DNA from: Bacteroidales bacterium | GTDB taxonomy: Bacteria > Bacteroidota > Bacteroidia > Bacteroidales > JAAUTT01 | DNA: 64,000 nucleotides | Direction of reading: 5' to 3' | Assembly: GCA_038320545.1 (NCBI GenBank) | Contig: JBBQEI010000022.1 | Coordinates: 2,159-66,158, forward strand | Part shown: one piece after another, positions 38,585 to 49,464 of the stretch | How positions within the stretch are numbered: the stretch's first letter is position 1 | Layout: each line of letters begins with the position of its first letter | Notes under the pieces: model-generated | Seen by the model: the letters and a program-made list of their open reading frames with translations, nothing else | What the model was told of the DNA's origin: nothing | Database searches by the model: none | Made by a program: the position numbers and the translations under genes

Positions 38585-39799
38585 CTAATTTTCGGAAGGC
38601 ATGATCATGATCTTTTTCCCAAACCGTCGGATGGCATATCGATACGACAACACCGCCAGAATAAAATACAGGATCATCTGAACCAACATCAGCAACAGCT
38701 CGAAACGAATATCGGTTAAAGAAGCTCCCATTGTGCGGGTTTTAATATAGGCCGGTACCATGAGCGTACTTGGAAAAATATGGGCTATTCCATACAATGC
38801 CTTTGGAATAGCAGAAGCCGGCCACGATAATCCGCTCAGAAACACTACCATAGGCGAAAGAAATACCATGAACAGCATGGAATGTACACGTTCTTTGAAT
38901 AACATGCTTACTGCCAATCCTAAAAATGAAACTGAAAGGATATAAAGAATAAAAATGGGCAATATGGATAACAAACTTCCATTATCAGGATAACCAAACC
39001 AATGAGGCAATAATCCCAATGCAAAAATGACATTAACAAGGTAAACAACTGTATAGGCCGAAGATTTCCCGAATACCATTTGAATGCTACCCAGATGATG
39101 CCGTGCTTTTGCCGATTTCTTCAGAAATATTTTTTTCTCCCGGATAGTACCCCCCAACATTCCGATGCCGATTAACAAAGTCTGTTGCATGATTATCAAA
39201 ATCATTCCCGGCATTACAAAACTTCCATAACCGCCAGCAGGATTATAAACATTGTAAGTATTTATTTTCAATGGTTCCTGCAAGTCTATGGACTGAGCCA
39301 TATTTTTTCCTTCCGAAAGCATTCGTTTCACCTCAACACCGGCACTAAAGGTGCCATTGGCAAAACTGCTGCCGGTAAAAACCTGCTTGTACAGCAAAAA
39401 ATTACTGGCATCGCAATATACCGATACATTGGTTTGTCGTGCCGAAAGAATATCTTTTTCAAAATTGGCAGGGATCAGAATAATTCCATTCACCGAACCA
39501 TTATAAAACATTTGTTCAGCTTCTTTCAGACTGCCCGGTTTGGATACCACATTCATCTGCTCAGTACCATCGGCCATGCGGCTGTATAACCTGCTGGATG
39601 AGGAATGATCCAAATCGACCACCGCCACCGGAATGTCTTTTATAATCTCTTTTTCGTAACCAATGGCATATAATAGCGGATAAATAAACATGGCAATCAT
39701 AAACAGCAGTACAGCACCGGCATCGGAGAATATCAGCCTAAGTTCATCGACGAAATAGATAGCTGTTTCGTTTGCACCCTTTAAAGTTTTTATTAGCAT
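38585..39799 (-). CDS. ABC-2 type transporter permease (YbhR/YhhJ-like)
   Basis: IPVAVVDLDHSSSSR periplasmic motif, YNPAGGYGSFVMPG, six TM segments, FLSGLSWP. Confidence 0.9.
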   Translation of the reverse strand: MLIKTLKGANETAIYFVDELRLIFSDAGAVLLFMIAMFIYPLLYAIGYEKEIIKDIPVAVVDLDHSSSSRLYSRMADGTEQMNVVSKPGSLKEAEQMFYNGSVNGIILIPANFEKDILSARQTNVSVYCDASNFLLYKQVFTGSSFANGTFSAGVEVKRMLSEGKNMAQSIDLQEPLKINTYNVYNPAGGYGSFVMPGMILIIMQQTLLIGIGMLGGTIREKKIFLKKSAKARHHLGSIQMVFGKSSAYTVVYLVNVIFALGLLPHWFGYPDNGSLLSILPIFILYILSVSFLGLAVSMLFKERVHSMLFMVFLSPMVVFLSGLSWPASAIPKALYGIAHIFPSTLMVPAYIKTRTMGASLTDIRFELLLMLVQMILYFILAVLSYRYAIRRFGKKIMIMPSEN

Positions 39800-39842
39800 T
39801 AGGAAAAATTATGTTGTTAAAAAAATAACTATTGAATGCTCC

Positions 39843-40150
39843 GCTCGGCATAGCGTCTTGCTACGTCGTTTTTCATCCTCCGGCCACATTCGACCCTTCG
39901 TTCGGCTGAGGCTGTGCCTCTGTCGCACATATTTTCTCAGGCTCAGCCTGAATTTATATCCATTTGAACGAACAACCTTCGTGAATGACATTCCCTAACC
40001 CCGCTCGTCGTAGCGTCTCGCTACGATTTGTTTCAATTGGCCTCCGGCCATATTCTACCCCTCTCTAACTTTAAATGGAGAGACTTTGGATCTCGTATCA
40101 AATCCGGGCGTTTCGACTCCGCTCAACGACAGGCACTTCGTAAATAAACC
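39843..40150. repeat. Composite REP-like cluster between two co-transcribed permease genes (families D, B, D, A)
   Basis: GCTCGGCATAGCGTCTTGCTACGTCG (39843), family B (39897), second D copy (40003), TTCGACTCCGCTCA (40112). Confidence 0.75.
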
Positions 40151-40162
40151 CTGCACCCCGAA

Positions 40163-41368
40163 TCACTTCTTCCCCCATCTCCTCTTGTTCAGCATCATAT
40201 ACCTCAACCGGGGAATGAATAAAAGTCCTAAAAAGATAAAAGACAACATGGCAAACATTTGCATTATGCCATTTGCTGCAGGTTCTCCCCGCAGTGACTG
40301 CCCAATCAAAATTTTGATCCAATAGGTATATGGAAAAATATAGGAGAAAGCCTGGCCTATGGCTGGCATTCCCATTGCTGGAAATGTAAGTCCAGAAAAT
40401 GTTAAAGCCAGCATGCAGTAAGCACTTCCCAGCGACATGGCTAACCGCATGTTCGTAGTGAGCGAAACCAAAAATATAGCCATAAACTGGTAACTGAGAA
40501 TAAGTATTAATTCACCTGCAAGTATTTCATGTAAATGTCCTCTAAATGGCAAACCCAGGAAATTGAACAGAATGATGTTCATAATCATGGCGACACAGAA
40601 ATAAATGAGCGTGTAGGGTAGCAATTTGCCTGCCAGGGCCACGGCAAAGTTTTTACCAGCCAGTCGTAACCACCTCGGCCCTGTTCCATGATAAAGCTCA
40701 TCGCCAATGGTATAAATGCTGCCTAAAAGGATGAATACAATCAATACCAACGGCAACAATCCAACAGTGAGATAATAGGAATAACTGGTGTAAGGATTGA
40801 ACAGCAAAACCGGGTTAAGCTGAACCGGCATTATTCGTGATATTGCCTGAGCCTGGGTTTTTCCGGTTTTCAGTTGTAATTGCAGCTTGATCCCAGCAGA
40901 AAGTGTTCCAATAGCCTTCCGAATGCCACTATTCAGCAACCCACTTTTAACAACATTGGCATTATTGAGGTACAACGCCACTTTTGAGCTACTTCCCTGA
41001 TATATATATTTTTCTGTATTCGAAGGAATGTAAATTACAGCATCAACCACCCCCTTCTCCATAGCATGGCGTGCTTCATCGAGCGAATTATACCCTTTTT
41101 GAACTGCTGAAATGGGAGTGGCATCCACCATTCGGGCAAGTTGCCTGGATAGGGAAGAATGATCCATATCCACAATGGCTACCGGAAGCTCACGGGGTGT
41201 GTTTTGGGAAAAAATCCAGACAATAAGAAAGAACGAAAGAACAGGACCAATAAATGTAGCAAATAACAATGGCCACCTTCGCGATATCCTGCGCCATTCC
41301 CTTGAAATTACCTTGTAGAAGGGACTCTTTTCTTTTACTTCCTGTTCAATTCCTGAAACATTTTCCAT
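40163..41368 (-). CDS. ABC-2 type transporter permease (YbhS-like)
   Basis: LPVAIVDMDHSSLSRQLAR, FNPYTSYSYYL, FSGLTFP. Confidence 0.9.
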   Translation of the reverse strand: MENVSGIEQEVKEKSPFYKVISREWRRISRRWPLLFATFIGPVLSFFLIVWIFSQNTPRELPVAIVDMDHSSLSRQLARMVDATPISAVQKGYNSLDEARHAMEKGVVDAVIYIPSNTEKYIYQGSSSKVALYLNNANVVKSGLLNSGIRKAIGTLSAGIKLQLQLKTGKTQAQAISRIMPVQLNPVLLFNPYTSYSYYLTVGLLPLVLIVFILLGSIYTIGDELYHGTGPRWLRLAGKNFAVALAGKLLPYTLIYFCVAMIMNIILFNFLGLPFRGHLHEILAGELILILSYQFMAIFLVSLTTNMRLAMSLGSAYCMLALTFSGLTFPAMGMPAIGQAFSYIFPYTYWIKILIGQSLRGEPAANGIMQMFAMLSFIFLGLLFIPRLRYMMLNKRRWGKK

Positions 41369-41383
41369 GATTTTAAACTGCCT

Positions 41384-42385
41384 TTATTGAGCTGCCGATT
41401 TCACTTTTTTCCAATCCACCAGCGCACTCATGCCCGGACGCAAGCCATCAGTTTTTTCAACAGGGGTGGCATGAACTTCAAAAGTCTTCATGTCGAAGTC
41501 ACCCGAAGTTTTAGTGGCATTCCAGGTGGCAAAGTTTCCAAGAACATTGATATAACTTATTTTTAGGTTTATTTCTTTGTTCCCGAGTGCAGGAAATTTT
41601 GCAGATATCGTGCTGCCCTTCCTTACCGATGCAAGCAAATCTTCCCTTAAATTAAAGGTGACCCAACTATCGTCAAGTTTTACAAGGGTAACTACCGGAT
41701 AACCAGCCGCAACCAATTCGCCCGATTCGGCAATAATATTCGAAACTTCGCCATCAATGGGTGAGTAAATATTCATTTCATTCAGGTACGATTCCACTTC
41801 CTTAATAGCTCCTTCTGCCCGGTCTACCATTGAGCTGGCGGAAGTTTTATCTTCGATACGGGTTCCTTTCTTTGCTTTCTCCCAGATTGCTTTAGCTGCA
41901 CGGGCTGTCTGTCGGGCTGCTTCCTGGTTGGTTTCCGCTTCATCATGCTTTTGAGCCGGTAACACGCCTTCATTATATAGGTTGGCAACTCTTTTATATG
42001 TTTTTTCGGCCAGTTCAAAAGCGGCATTGGCTTTCATATAGGTATCGTATGCAGCCTGGATATCTTCTGCATCTGCTCCGGCAATGGCTTTTGAATTCTG
42101 TGCTTTAGCCCCTTTGAGTGCTGCATTGGCTTGGTCGAGCTTTGCTTCAATTTCGGGACTGCTTAATGTAAAGAGCAACTGCCCTTTTTTTACAAAATCA
42201 CCCTTGTGGATGGGCAAACTATCAATTCTTCCTACAAGTTTGGATGCCACTTTAATTTGGGTGGCTTCCACTTCGCCTTGCACTTCCAGAGATTTGGGAC
42301 GACTGATAATCCAGGTGGAATAAACCAAAAAAATTAATAACGCAGCAATTCCTATGGCGGCAAGTATATTTCCGTTCTTTTTCAT
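41384..42385 (-). CDS. HlyD family secretion/efflux adaptor
   Basis: N-terminal TM, VQGEVEA..IKVASKLVGRI, IYSPIDGEV, FATWNATK, GLRPGMSA. Confidence 0.92.
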   Translation of the reverse strand: MKKNGNILAAIGIAALLIFLVYSTWIISRPKSLEVQGEVEATQIKVASKLVGRIDSLPIHKGDFVKKGQLLFTLSSPEIEAKLDQANAALKGAKAQNSKAIAGADAEDIQAAYDTYMKANAAFELAEKTYKRVANLYNEGVLPAQKHDEAETNQEAARQTARAAKAIWEKAKKGTRIEDKTSASSMVDRAEGAIKEVESYLNEMNIYSPIDGEVSNIIAESGELVAAGYPVVTLVKLDDSWVTFNLREDLLASVRKGSTISAKFPALGNKEINLKISYINVLGNFATWNATKTSGDFDMKTFEVHATPVEKTDGLRPGMSALVDWKKVKSAAQ

Positions 42386-42389
42386 ATTA

Positions 42390-43931
42390 CTAATTGTTCA
42401 TTGGTTGATACGATTCTGTCCTGGCTTCTTTCCGGGTTTTATAATTCATGAATTCTTCCGGTATGCCGGCATATTGTAATAATCGGGCAAGGGTTACATC
42501 GTAACCGTACATCGCCTGTAACCTTTCAATACTAACCTGAGCCAATGCCATCCGGGCATCGACCACTTCGGTGGCATTGCTCATTTCTTCACGAAAGCCT
42601 TTTTCGCGTACCCTGAGATATTCTTCCGCAAAAGTTCCCGATGTCTCCAAAGCTATTAGTTGCTCCTGGTACATATTGAGTTCCTGATATAATTTATTGA
42701 TCATCGTTGAAACATCCGTTTGCGCTTTTTGCTGAATTTCGCCCACCTGATCTGCTTTGGCATTCGCAGCTTTTACTTTACGATAGCGTGAGGCCCCGTC
42801 GAAAAAAGTCCATTTTAATCCAACACCTGCCATCCAATCGGGAGTGTATGGTGACAGTTCTTTCTCGGCAATATTGTACATACCCTGAACGGCAATCACA
42901 GGAAAATAATCTGATTGCTGCACCCTTTTATTTATTCCGGCCAACTGTTTTTTACTCTCTACCTGGAGAAGCATGGGATTTTTAGCAGACCCCAAACCAA
43001 TAAAATATTCAACAGGTTCAATACTATCGAGATAGAAAAGTAAGGTGGCAGGTTGGATAATTGTATCTTCTAAAGCAAGGGTATTTATAAGGGCATCATT
43101 TAGCACTGAAACATTCCGGTATGCTTTTTTAAGTTCCCTGTCAGCCTGTGAATGATACAGTTTTGCCTGCAGCACTTCGGCATTTGCAATGAGTCCATTG
43201 TGCTGCATTTTTTCGGCATCGCTCAGGTGATGCTGCATCCCGGTGAGCACATCGCTTCGCACAAGCACTGCCTGACGTGCGAGGCTCAGTCCAAAGTAAC
43301 GTTCCACCAATTCAGTTAAAAGTTCACCTTCTTTTTGTTTCATCACTTCGCCGGCTTCCTGTTGTTCGATATGAGCAGCCCTGTTTGCAGCTTGTATTTT
43401 TCCACCGGTATACAAAGGCCATAGCATTGTTGCCGCGACCGTTCCAAATTGCTTTTTCTGGATCATCCTGTCCCATTCGGAACTTTGGATTGTGGCAAGT
43501 CCTTGCTGCAAATTGTTTCGTACTACCTGGGTAGATAAATTATCGGGAAGAACCGGCATTTGCTGATTAGTGGCAGGATCCGGATTGGGAACACCTGAAA
43601 AAACACCATAATTTCCCAAGGCTGAATACAGCGGTGTAATAGCATCGCGCACCGGTGTCAGATCCAGGGTGAGATCGTCGGATAACATCATATAACTGGC
43701 TGTTATACCAATTTTCGGTAAGTACAATCCTTTGGATGCTTTGGATAGTTGAATTTTTTCTTCCTGCAGATATTGGGTTTGTTTAATGATATGGCTATTT
43801 TGTTTAGCTATCTCCAATGCCTGGTCAAATGTCATTATCAATTTTGGAACAGAATCCTGGCCTGAAGTTTTTGAAATCCCGATTATAAATAATGAATAAA
43901 GGATTAGCTTCAGGCGAAAATCACCTTTCAT
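42390..43931 (-). CDS. TolC family outer membrane protein
   Basis: Signal peptide, OEP repeats (WPLYTGGKI, GLKWTFFDG), operon context. Confidence 0.9.
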   Translation of the reverse strand: MKGDFRLKLILYSLFIIGISKTSGQDSVPKLIMTFDQALEIAKQNSHIIKQTQYLQEEKIQLSKASKGLYLPKIGITASYMMLSDDLTLDLTPVRDAITPLYSALGNYGVFSGVPNPDPATNQQMPVLPDNLSTQVVRNNLQQGLATIQSSEWDRMIQKKQFGTVAATMLWPLYTGGKIQAANRAAHIEQQEAGEVMKQKEGELLTELVERYFGLSLARQAVLVRSDVLTGMQHHLSDAEKMQHNGLIANAEVLQAKLYHSQADRELKKAYRNVSVLNDALINTLALEDTIIQPATLLFYLDSIEPVEYFIGLGSAKNPMLLQVESKKQLAGINKRVQQSDYFPVIAVQGMYNIAEKELSPYTPDWMAGVGLKWTFFDGASRYRKVKAANAKADQVGEIQQKAQTDVSTMINKLYQELNMYQEQLIALETSGTFAEEYLRVREKGFREEMSNATEVVDARMALAQVSIERLQAMYGYDVTLARLLQYAGIPEEFMNYKTRKEARTESYQPMNN

Positions 43932-43933
43932 GG

Positions 43934-44518
43934 TTAGTTGTTAATTAAGTTTAACTGAATTTTTAATACTTTTTTCACTTCGGCTTCGCCCAAATTTGTC
44001 TGGTTAAAAAAGCTTTTCAGGTGGAGGTTGATGAATTGAATGGGATAAGCCACACCCAAAAGATAAATTTCTTCTTCATCGATATCGGAAGAAATCTCTC
44101 CTGACTTCTTTCCAGTTTCGAGTACCTGACGACAAAGAGCAATAATTTTCTCTCTTTGCTCTTCCTGAATTTTAAAGTTATAATCGTGCATCAGCACATA
44201 CAGAAACTTGATCCGTTCGGGTTGCTGGTTGGCCAGGTCGAATAACATAAGTGTAAGCTGGCTGAAAATTTCAGGTACTGAATGGTGATTTGCGAGCAAA
44301 CTTTCGAGTTTTTGAATGAGTTCATTTAGGTTACTGAAAAGTAAGTCGTTCACAAGGTCAATCTTTCCTTTGTAATGCCGGTAAAGATAACCTTCGGCAA
44401 CCCCAGCCTGATGTGCAATATCAGAAATGGAAGCCCCTCCGTATCCCTTCAACACAACCATTTCGAGTGTGGCTGCCTTGATTTTTTCAATTTTTGATTC
44501 GTCAATTGTACGTGCCAT
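43934..44518 (-). CDS. TetR/AcrR family regulator
   Basis: GYGGASISDIAHQAGVAEGYLYRHY HTH. The start is placed at MARTID (44518) because the upstream ATG lies inside the operator palindrome. Confidence 0.92.
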   Translation of the reverse strand: MARTIDESKIEKIKAATLEMVVLKGYGGASISDIAHQAGVAEGYLYRHYKGKIDLVNDLLFSNLNELIQKLESLLANHHSVPEIFSQLTLMLFDLANQQPERIKFLYVLMHDYNFKIQEEQREKIIALCRQVLETGKKSGEISSDIDEEEIYLLGVAYPIQFINLHLKSFFNQTNLGEAEVKKVLKIQLNLINN

Positions 44519-44525
44519 ATTTTTT

Positions 44526-44565
44526 ATGAGTGAATACTCATTCATTTAATAAGGATGCAAAAATA
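44526..44565 (-). promoter_or_regulatory. TetR operator palindrome and -7 promoter element
   Basis: ATGAATGAGTATTCACTCAT imperfect palindrome (44526-44545), just downstream of TATTTTTG (44558-44565, TAnnTTTG). Confidence 0.65.
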
Positions 44566-44734
44566 ATTATAATTTCCTTAATTCTATATCATTTATAAAA
44601 AATATATACAAAAATACTATGTTACTGTTTATCTGTTGATTAAATTGCTTAATATGCCTATATTTTTTAACAGCATTCGATTGAATAGCATTGTCATGAA
44701 GAAATAAAATATATTTGTTTTTTATATTTTAGTT

Positions 44735-45268
44735 ATGAATATACTCGACATCATCATTCTAATAATTCTTGCCTGGGGAGCCTATAGAGGTTTTACACAG
44801 GGATTTATCCTACAGGTGGTTACCTTCATCGCATTAATCATTGGAATTTGGGCAAGTATTCATTTTTCGGATGTGATGGCTGAATTTCTAACAAAACATC
44901 TGGACATCACTGGTAAGTATCTTCCGGTGCTATCCTTTGTCCTTATTTTTGTGCTGGTTGTTGTAATTGCCCATTTAATCGGGATGCTACTTACCCGTAT
45001 ATTTGAACTGGTCGCCTTGGGATGGTTAAATCGTTTAGGCGGAATTGCTTTTGGCATATTGAAAATGGCATTTATAGTAAGTGTGATATTAACCATACAA
45101 AACAGGCTTAAGGAAAAAGTACATGTGATATCCGAAAATCAGATTAATAATTCTATTCTTTATAAACCAGTTTCTAGCATTGCTCCTTCTGTGTTCCCTC
45201 ATTTAAAAGTTCTGGCATTAAATACAAGGATCAAGGATATTACTACGAAAGAGCAAGAAAAGGAGTAG
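44735..45268 (+). CDS. cvpA: CvpA family (colicin V production) membrane protein
   Basis: MNILDIIILII...GAYRGFTQGFI, LGWLNRLGGIAFGILK, SILY. Confidence 0.88.
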   Translation: MNILDIIILIILAWGAYRGFTQGFILQVVTFIALIIGIWASIHFSDVMAEFLTKHLDITGKYLPVLSFVLIFVLVVVIAHLIGMLLTRIFELVALGWLNRLGGIAFGILKMAFIVSVILTIQNRLKEKVHVISENQINNSILYKPVSSIAPSVFPHLKVLALNTRIKDITTKEQEKE

Positions 45269-45846
45269 CTATTTTTGAATTAAAAAAAATGAATATCCAA
45301 AAGATATTACTACCAACACGGATGTTATTTCATAAATGTTATTGCAGTATTTCAGGGATGTAAAGGTTGAAAAATAACCTGACAGGGCTTGAGGCTCTGC
45401 CAGGTTCAATTAGCTCCGGATTTTTAACGTAGCAATTGATATTGAAATTCAACCAATTCTTTAACAAATGTTAGAGAGAAGTGTTGAAAAAGAATGAAAT
45501 ATTTTTAGTAATGCAGGGTGTAAGTCGGTGAGGCGACAGGCTAATTGAGTTAGACTGAGGGTTGTTAGAAAAATCGAAAATTAGTTCAGAGTAATTTTTC
45601 CAAGAAATCCTGGCTCTTGACTCATGGCTCGTGGTTCCATATGGAATTAAAGAAGTTGGAAGTTAGTGAACATAATAATTCCAGAAGATGAGAATGGAGA
45701 TGTTGAGCATGGCGATGTTTTGAAGTTGAGAATTGAGAAGATGGGAATGGAGAATCAATGCATGTTACCTTAAAGGGCAACGTCATTTAGGGAGCATCTT
45801 GGTTCTTGAATCTTGATTCTTGAACCTTGATACTTGAATCTTAAAC

Positions 45847-46074
45847 TTATTCTAACAACAGGAAGTTTTCAGCATCAGTAACATGCACATCAAAGTAACT
45901 CATCGCTGTTAAAAAAGATTGATGAACTTTCACAGCTTCTACTAATTCTCCTTTATACTTCAGGTTTTTGGTAGCATACGCATCTCCAATTACAATGCAA
46001 TCAAAATCTAAATCTTTGGTTGCCCTGATGGTGGCATTTACGCACATATGTGTCATCATGCCACAAATAATCAT
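45847..46074 (-). pseudogene. C-terminal fragment of an isochorismatase/cysteine hydrolase
   Basis: IICGMMTHMCVNATIRA.KDL.F..IVIGDA.AT motif; the N-terminal half is absent. Confidence 0.75.
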
Positions 46075-46792
46075 TCTGAATATCGATAAAGGTCGAACAG
46101 CTATTATTCATTGATCCTAATTCTTGTGAATTTCAAATGAGTCGGCAAACGATTTAATATTCCGGTCTCTGAGCAATTGTGCTGCTATAATTCTTTCTTC
46201 GGCTACATTACTTGATAATAACCACATTAGTTCGTTGTTGTTTAATATGTCATAACTATCGAGATTTGCAAGGTATGTCATATCTAATTGCTGATACTGA
46301 TTAAGACTTCTTTTCATGACTGTAAATTTAAAAATTTGAGTTTTGTTTTTCAGAAAGTATATCCAAAGGTTTGGATGAATTAACCTGGATAAAAAAAACT
46401 AAACCGTTCCTGTTTATTTTAACAGTTTCGCTGTTTATGTTTTCCAGAACTTCTCCAGAGTTGTTTGGACCTAATTGATATAATATTTTTGTTTTAAGCA
46501 TTTTAGTATTGATTAATAATATTGATTAATCAATTACTTTGCCAAAATAACTAAAAAATACATTATCAGATAAATATATTTTAATACGGCCAAAATAATT
46601 CCAATCTCAATTGTTCGAAATCGAACAAGATAATATCAAATGTATACAGCATTTGAATGTTAAACTATTATTAAATTTCTAGCCTTCCGAAAAATAAAAT
46701 TTTGCCAGGGCTTTCTCTCCTGGAAGATCTGAAAGATGCGGCAAATCCCGCTGAAGTAAGCAAGGGAATAGGTTAATTGGTTTAAAAAAGAG

Positions 46793-46998
46793 GAGGCTGT
46801 TTCAAGTCAATGATTTCTTCAATAAGCTGAATTACAGACATTCTTCAACTCCGCTCAGGATGACCCCCGGGATGAATGTCATTTTATATTGTATTTCTTA
46901 ATGTAATTTTGCGACAGTATGACGCTCAATTTGAAACATTCGATTGCAATAGTCAGCCTGTGTGAAGTTGAACCCTTTCCAGAGTTTGAAACAGCCCC
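46793..46998. mobile_element. MITE-like element of about 205 bp with 13-bp terminal inverted repeats
   Basis: GAGGCTGTTTCAA (46793) and TTGAAACAGCCCC (ending 46998) match 12/13; contains a family A REP at 46844. Confidence 0.55.
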
Positions 46999-47007
46999 AA
47001 CCCTTAT

Positions 47008-47982
47008 TTAGTCGGAGAAAGTCGTATAATGAATTTTTGAACTTTGGTTATAAACTTTAATGATCGAATCGGAATATGTGGTACTTTTTAAAAGTAATGG
47101 AATGTATTTTTCACAAAACAAATCGCGCTTTATATGATAAGGATCCGAAAATAATTCCTGATTCTTAGTGATCTTATTTGGAAAATTTAAGTCGTACACC
47201 AGCGTTATCTCACTTATATCATTTAAAAACCTGTTGTTTTCCTCCAAAAGCCCGTATTTATCGAATAAACGCTGGATATCAGTATGAGTAGGAAAGACAA
47301 TGATTTTAAAATCGATTTGTTCCTTAATACAGTATTTACCCATATCGATCAACTCTTTATGGTAATTATCGGGATATACGTAATTGGCTAAATTTCTTTG
47401 TCCTGTCTGGTTCACCTGAAAAGCCCAGAATTTATCTCTCGAAACATCAGGCCTTCCAATCTGTTTATCGTTATTTGAAAAATAGGATAGCAAGATTTGA
47501 TAAGTTGCCTGCCATACATTAAAATTGATGATATATAATAAAGGATTCTTTAAAATTGCAATGGCTCCGCTAACCCTGTCCCTGTTGTTGGTTTTGTTGT
47601 ACAATTCAAGATTTACGCCAATAAATAGGCTTTCGAGTTTATTTGTTTGAATAACATAATTGTAAGTGCTGATTATCTCTCTTAAGTTTCCACCACCAAA
47701 CGAAAACATAAAAAAATCCTTTCCTGAAACCATTTTTATAACATCAGTTTTCATGTTTCCCATCCGTGAATCGCCTATTAGTATATTAGCGGAAGGATTA
47801 CGCGTATATTGTATCATATCCCACAATGCAAAATTTAATTCCCTTGAATACTCTTTCTTTTTTTCCGCTGAAATAAGGTTATTATATTTGAAATAACAAT
47901 ATGGATCTACTACCACTACTATCATTAATATGATTAGTATCGGAAAGGAAAATTTCAAACCCCTGTTAATTAACTTTTTCAT
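47008..47982 (-). CDS. Membrane-anchored SGNH-like protein (AlgJ/DltD-like partner of the MBOAT)
   Basis: N-terminal TM then VDPY; IGDSR (block I) and FSDPYH (block V DxxH); starts 3 nt after the MBOAT stop. Confidence 0.65.
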   Translation of the reverse strand: MKKLINRGLKFSFPILIILMIVVVVDPYCYFKYNNLISAEKKKEYSRELNFALWDMIQYTRNPSANILIGDSRMGNMKTDVIKMVSGKDFFMFSFGGGNLREIISTYNYVIQTNKLESLFIGVNLELYNKTNNRDRVSGAIAILKNPLLYIINFNVWQATYQILLSYFSNNDKQIGRPDVSRDKFWAFQVNQTGQRNLANYVYPDNYHKELIDMGKYCIKEQIDFKIIVFPTHTDIQRLFDKYGLLEENNRFLNDISEITLVYDLNFPNKITKNQELFSDPYHIKRDLFCEKYIPLLLKSTTYSDSIIKVYNQSSKIHYTTFSD

Positions 47983-47985
47983 CTG

Positions 47986-49464
47986 TTAAAATTGAAAATA
48001 AATAAACTGTTGGGAGTTATTAAACGATCCGAATAATAGAATCGCTATGAGTACAAAATAATAAGCAGCCCATCTGACGGAAACGGATTTGGTTTTTAAA
48101 CGTTCGAAAATATTTCCGGTATATTGAAGGTATTCCACAAGCAATAATATCATCAATGCCAAAATTGAAATTATCAACTCTCTTTGTGTCAGGCCAAAAC
48201 CACTGAAAATACTCCTCAGGTAACCTGCATTGCTAATATTTGATAATAATTCACCTGTTCCCTTGAACATATTTACTAAAATGTAATTGGCATCGTGGAG
48301 GCTGTTAGCCCTGAAATATACCCATCCAATACCCACAAGTATAAAAGTTGAAACAACCTGCAATGAATTATTTAGCCAATGGAACCTGTCAAGGTAAATG
48401 GCATGTGTCACACGGTTTCTTATTTTTTCGGTAACGATAGCAAAGATAAGATAGAATCCGTGTATGGCACCCCAGATGATATATGTCCAGTTTGCTCCAT
48501 GCCACAAACCGCTGATAAGAAATACAAGAAATAAATTAAGATACCACCTTGGAACTGACACCCTGTTCCCACCCAACGAGATGTACAAATAATCCTTAAA
48601 CCAGGTTGAAAGAGAAATATGCCATCTTTTCCAGAATTCTTGTATACTTTTTGAAAAATAAGGAAGGTTAAAGTTTCGCATCAGGTTAAAGCCCATTATT
48701 CGGGCTGCACCAATGGCCATATCGGAATATCCTGAAAAATCGCAATATATCTGAAATGCGAAAAATATGGTAGCAATAATAAAGTTGATGCCGTGGTATT
48801 CGTGCGGACTGTTATAAACGTTATTAACTAATATAGCAAGTCTGTCGGCTACAACTACTTTCTTAAACAGGCCCCATCCCATCAGTCTGATTCCATCAGT
48901 AAACCGGTTATAATCAAAAGTATGTTTCTCATAAAACTGGTGCAATAAATTTTGAGGTCGTTCAATAGGACCGGCTACCAACTGTGGGTAAAACATCACA
49001 TATAAGGCATAAATACCAAAATTGCGCTCTGCTTTTTGATTACCTCTGTACACTTCAATGGTATAGCTCATTGCCTGAAAGGTATGGAAAGATAAACCGA
49101 TTGGTAATAATATAGCTAAGAAAGGGACGGGATTCGAAATTTTAATTCCAAATAAAATTTCAGTAAGGATATCGTTTAAAAAATTATAATACTTAAAAAC
49201 TGCCAGTACCCCAATATTGGCAATCAGACTTAAAATCAAAAAGTATTTTCTCTTTTTTTCTGTGTGCGATTCGATCAGTATTCCGGCAAAATAATCAATG
49301 ACAATTGTAAACCCAAGTATTAAAATATAAACCGGAATAAAGGACATATAAAAGTAGCAACTACTGGCTAAAAGTAAAAACCAGCGATACTTATGGGGCA
49401 ACGCAAAATACAAACATGTTACTATTATAAAAAATAATAGAAAATGAAGCGAATTAAAAAGCAT
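47986..49464 (-). CDS. MBOAT family O-acyltransferase (AlgI/DltB/PatA-like)
   Basis: MLFNS, LPIGLSFHTFQ, FYPQLVAGPIER, QIYCDFSGYSDMAIG, FWKRWHISLS, SGLWHGA, C-terminal FIYFQF. Confidence 0.95.
   Translation of the reverse strand: MLFNSLHFLLFFIIVTCLYFALPHKYRWFLLLASSCYFYMSFIPVYILILGFTIVIDYFAGILIESHTEKKRKYFLILSLIANIGVLAVFKYYNFLNDILTEILFGIKISNPVPFLAILLPIGLSFHTFQAMSYTIEVYRGNQKAERNFGIYALYVMFYPQLVAGPIERPQNLLHQFYEKHTFDYNRFTDGIRLMGWGLFKKVVVADRLAILVNNVYNSPHEYHGINFIIATIFFAFQIYCDFSGYSDMAIGAARIMGFNLMRNFNLPYFSKSIQEFWKRWHISLSTWFKDYLYISLGGNRVSVPRWYLNLFLVFLISGLWHGANWTYIIWGAIHGFYLIFAIVTEKIRNRVTHAIYLDRFHWLNNSLQVVSTFILVGIGWVYFRANSLHDANYILVNMFKGTGELLSNISNAGYLRSIFSGFGLTQRELIISILALMILLLVEYLQYTGNIFERLKTKSVSVRWAAYYFVLIAILLFGSFNNSQQFIYFQF

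Noticed and set aside
46117-46317. 66-aa ORF as a functional gene
   Set aside because: It looks like an N-terminal fragment next to the isochorismatase relic, and I cannot assign a family.
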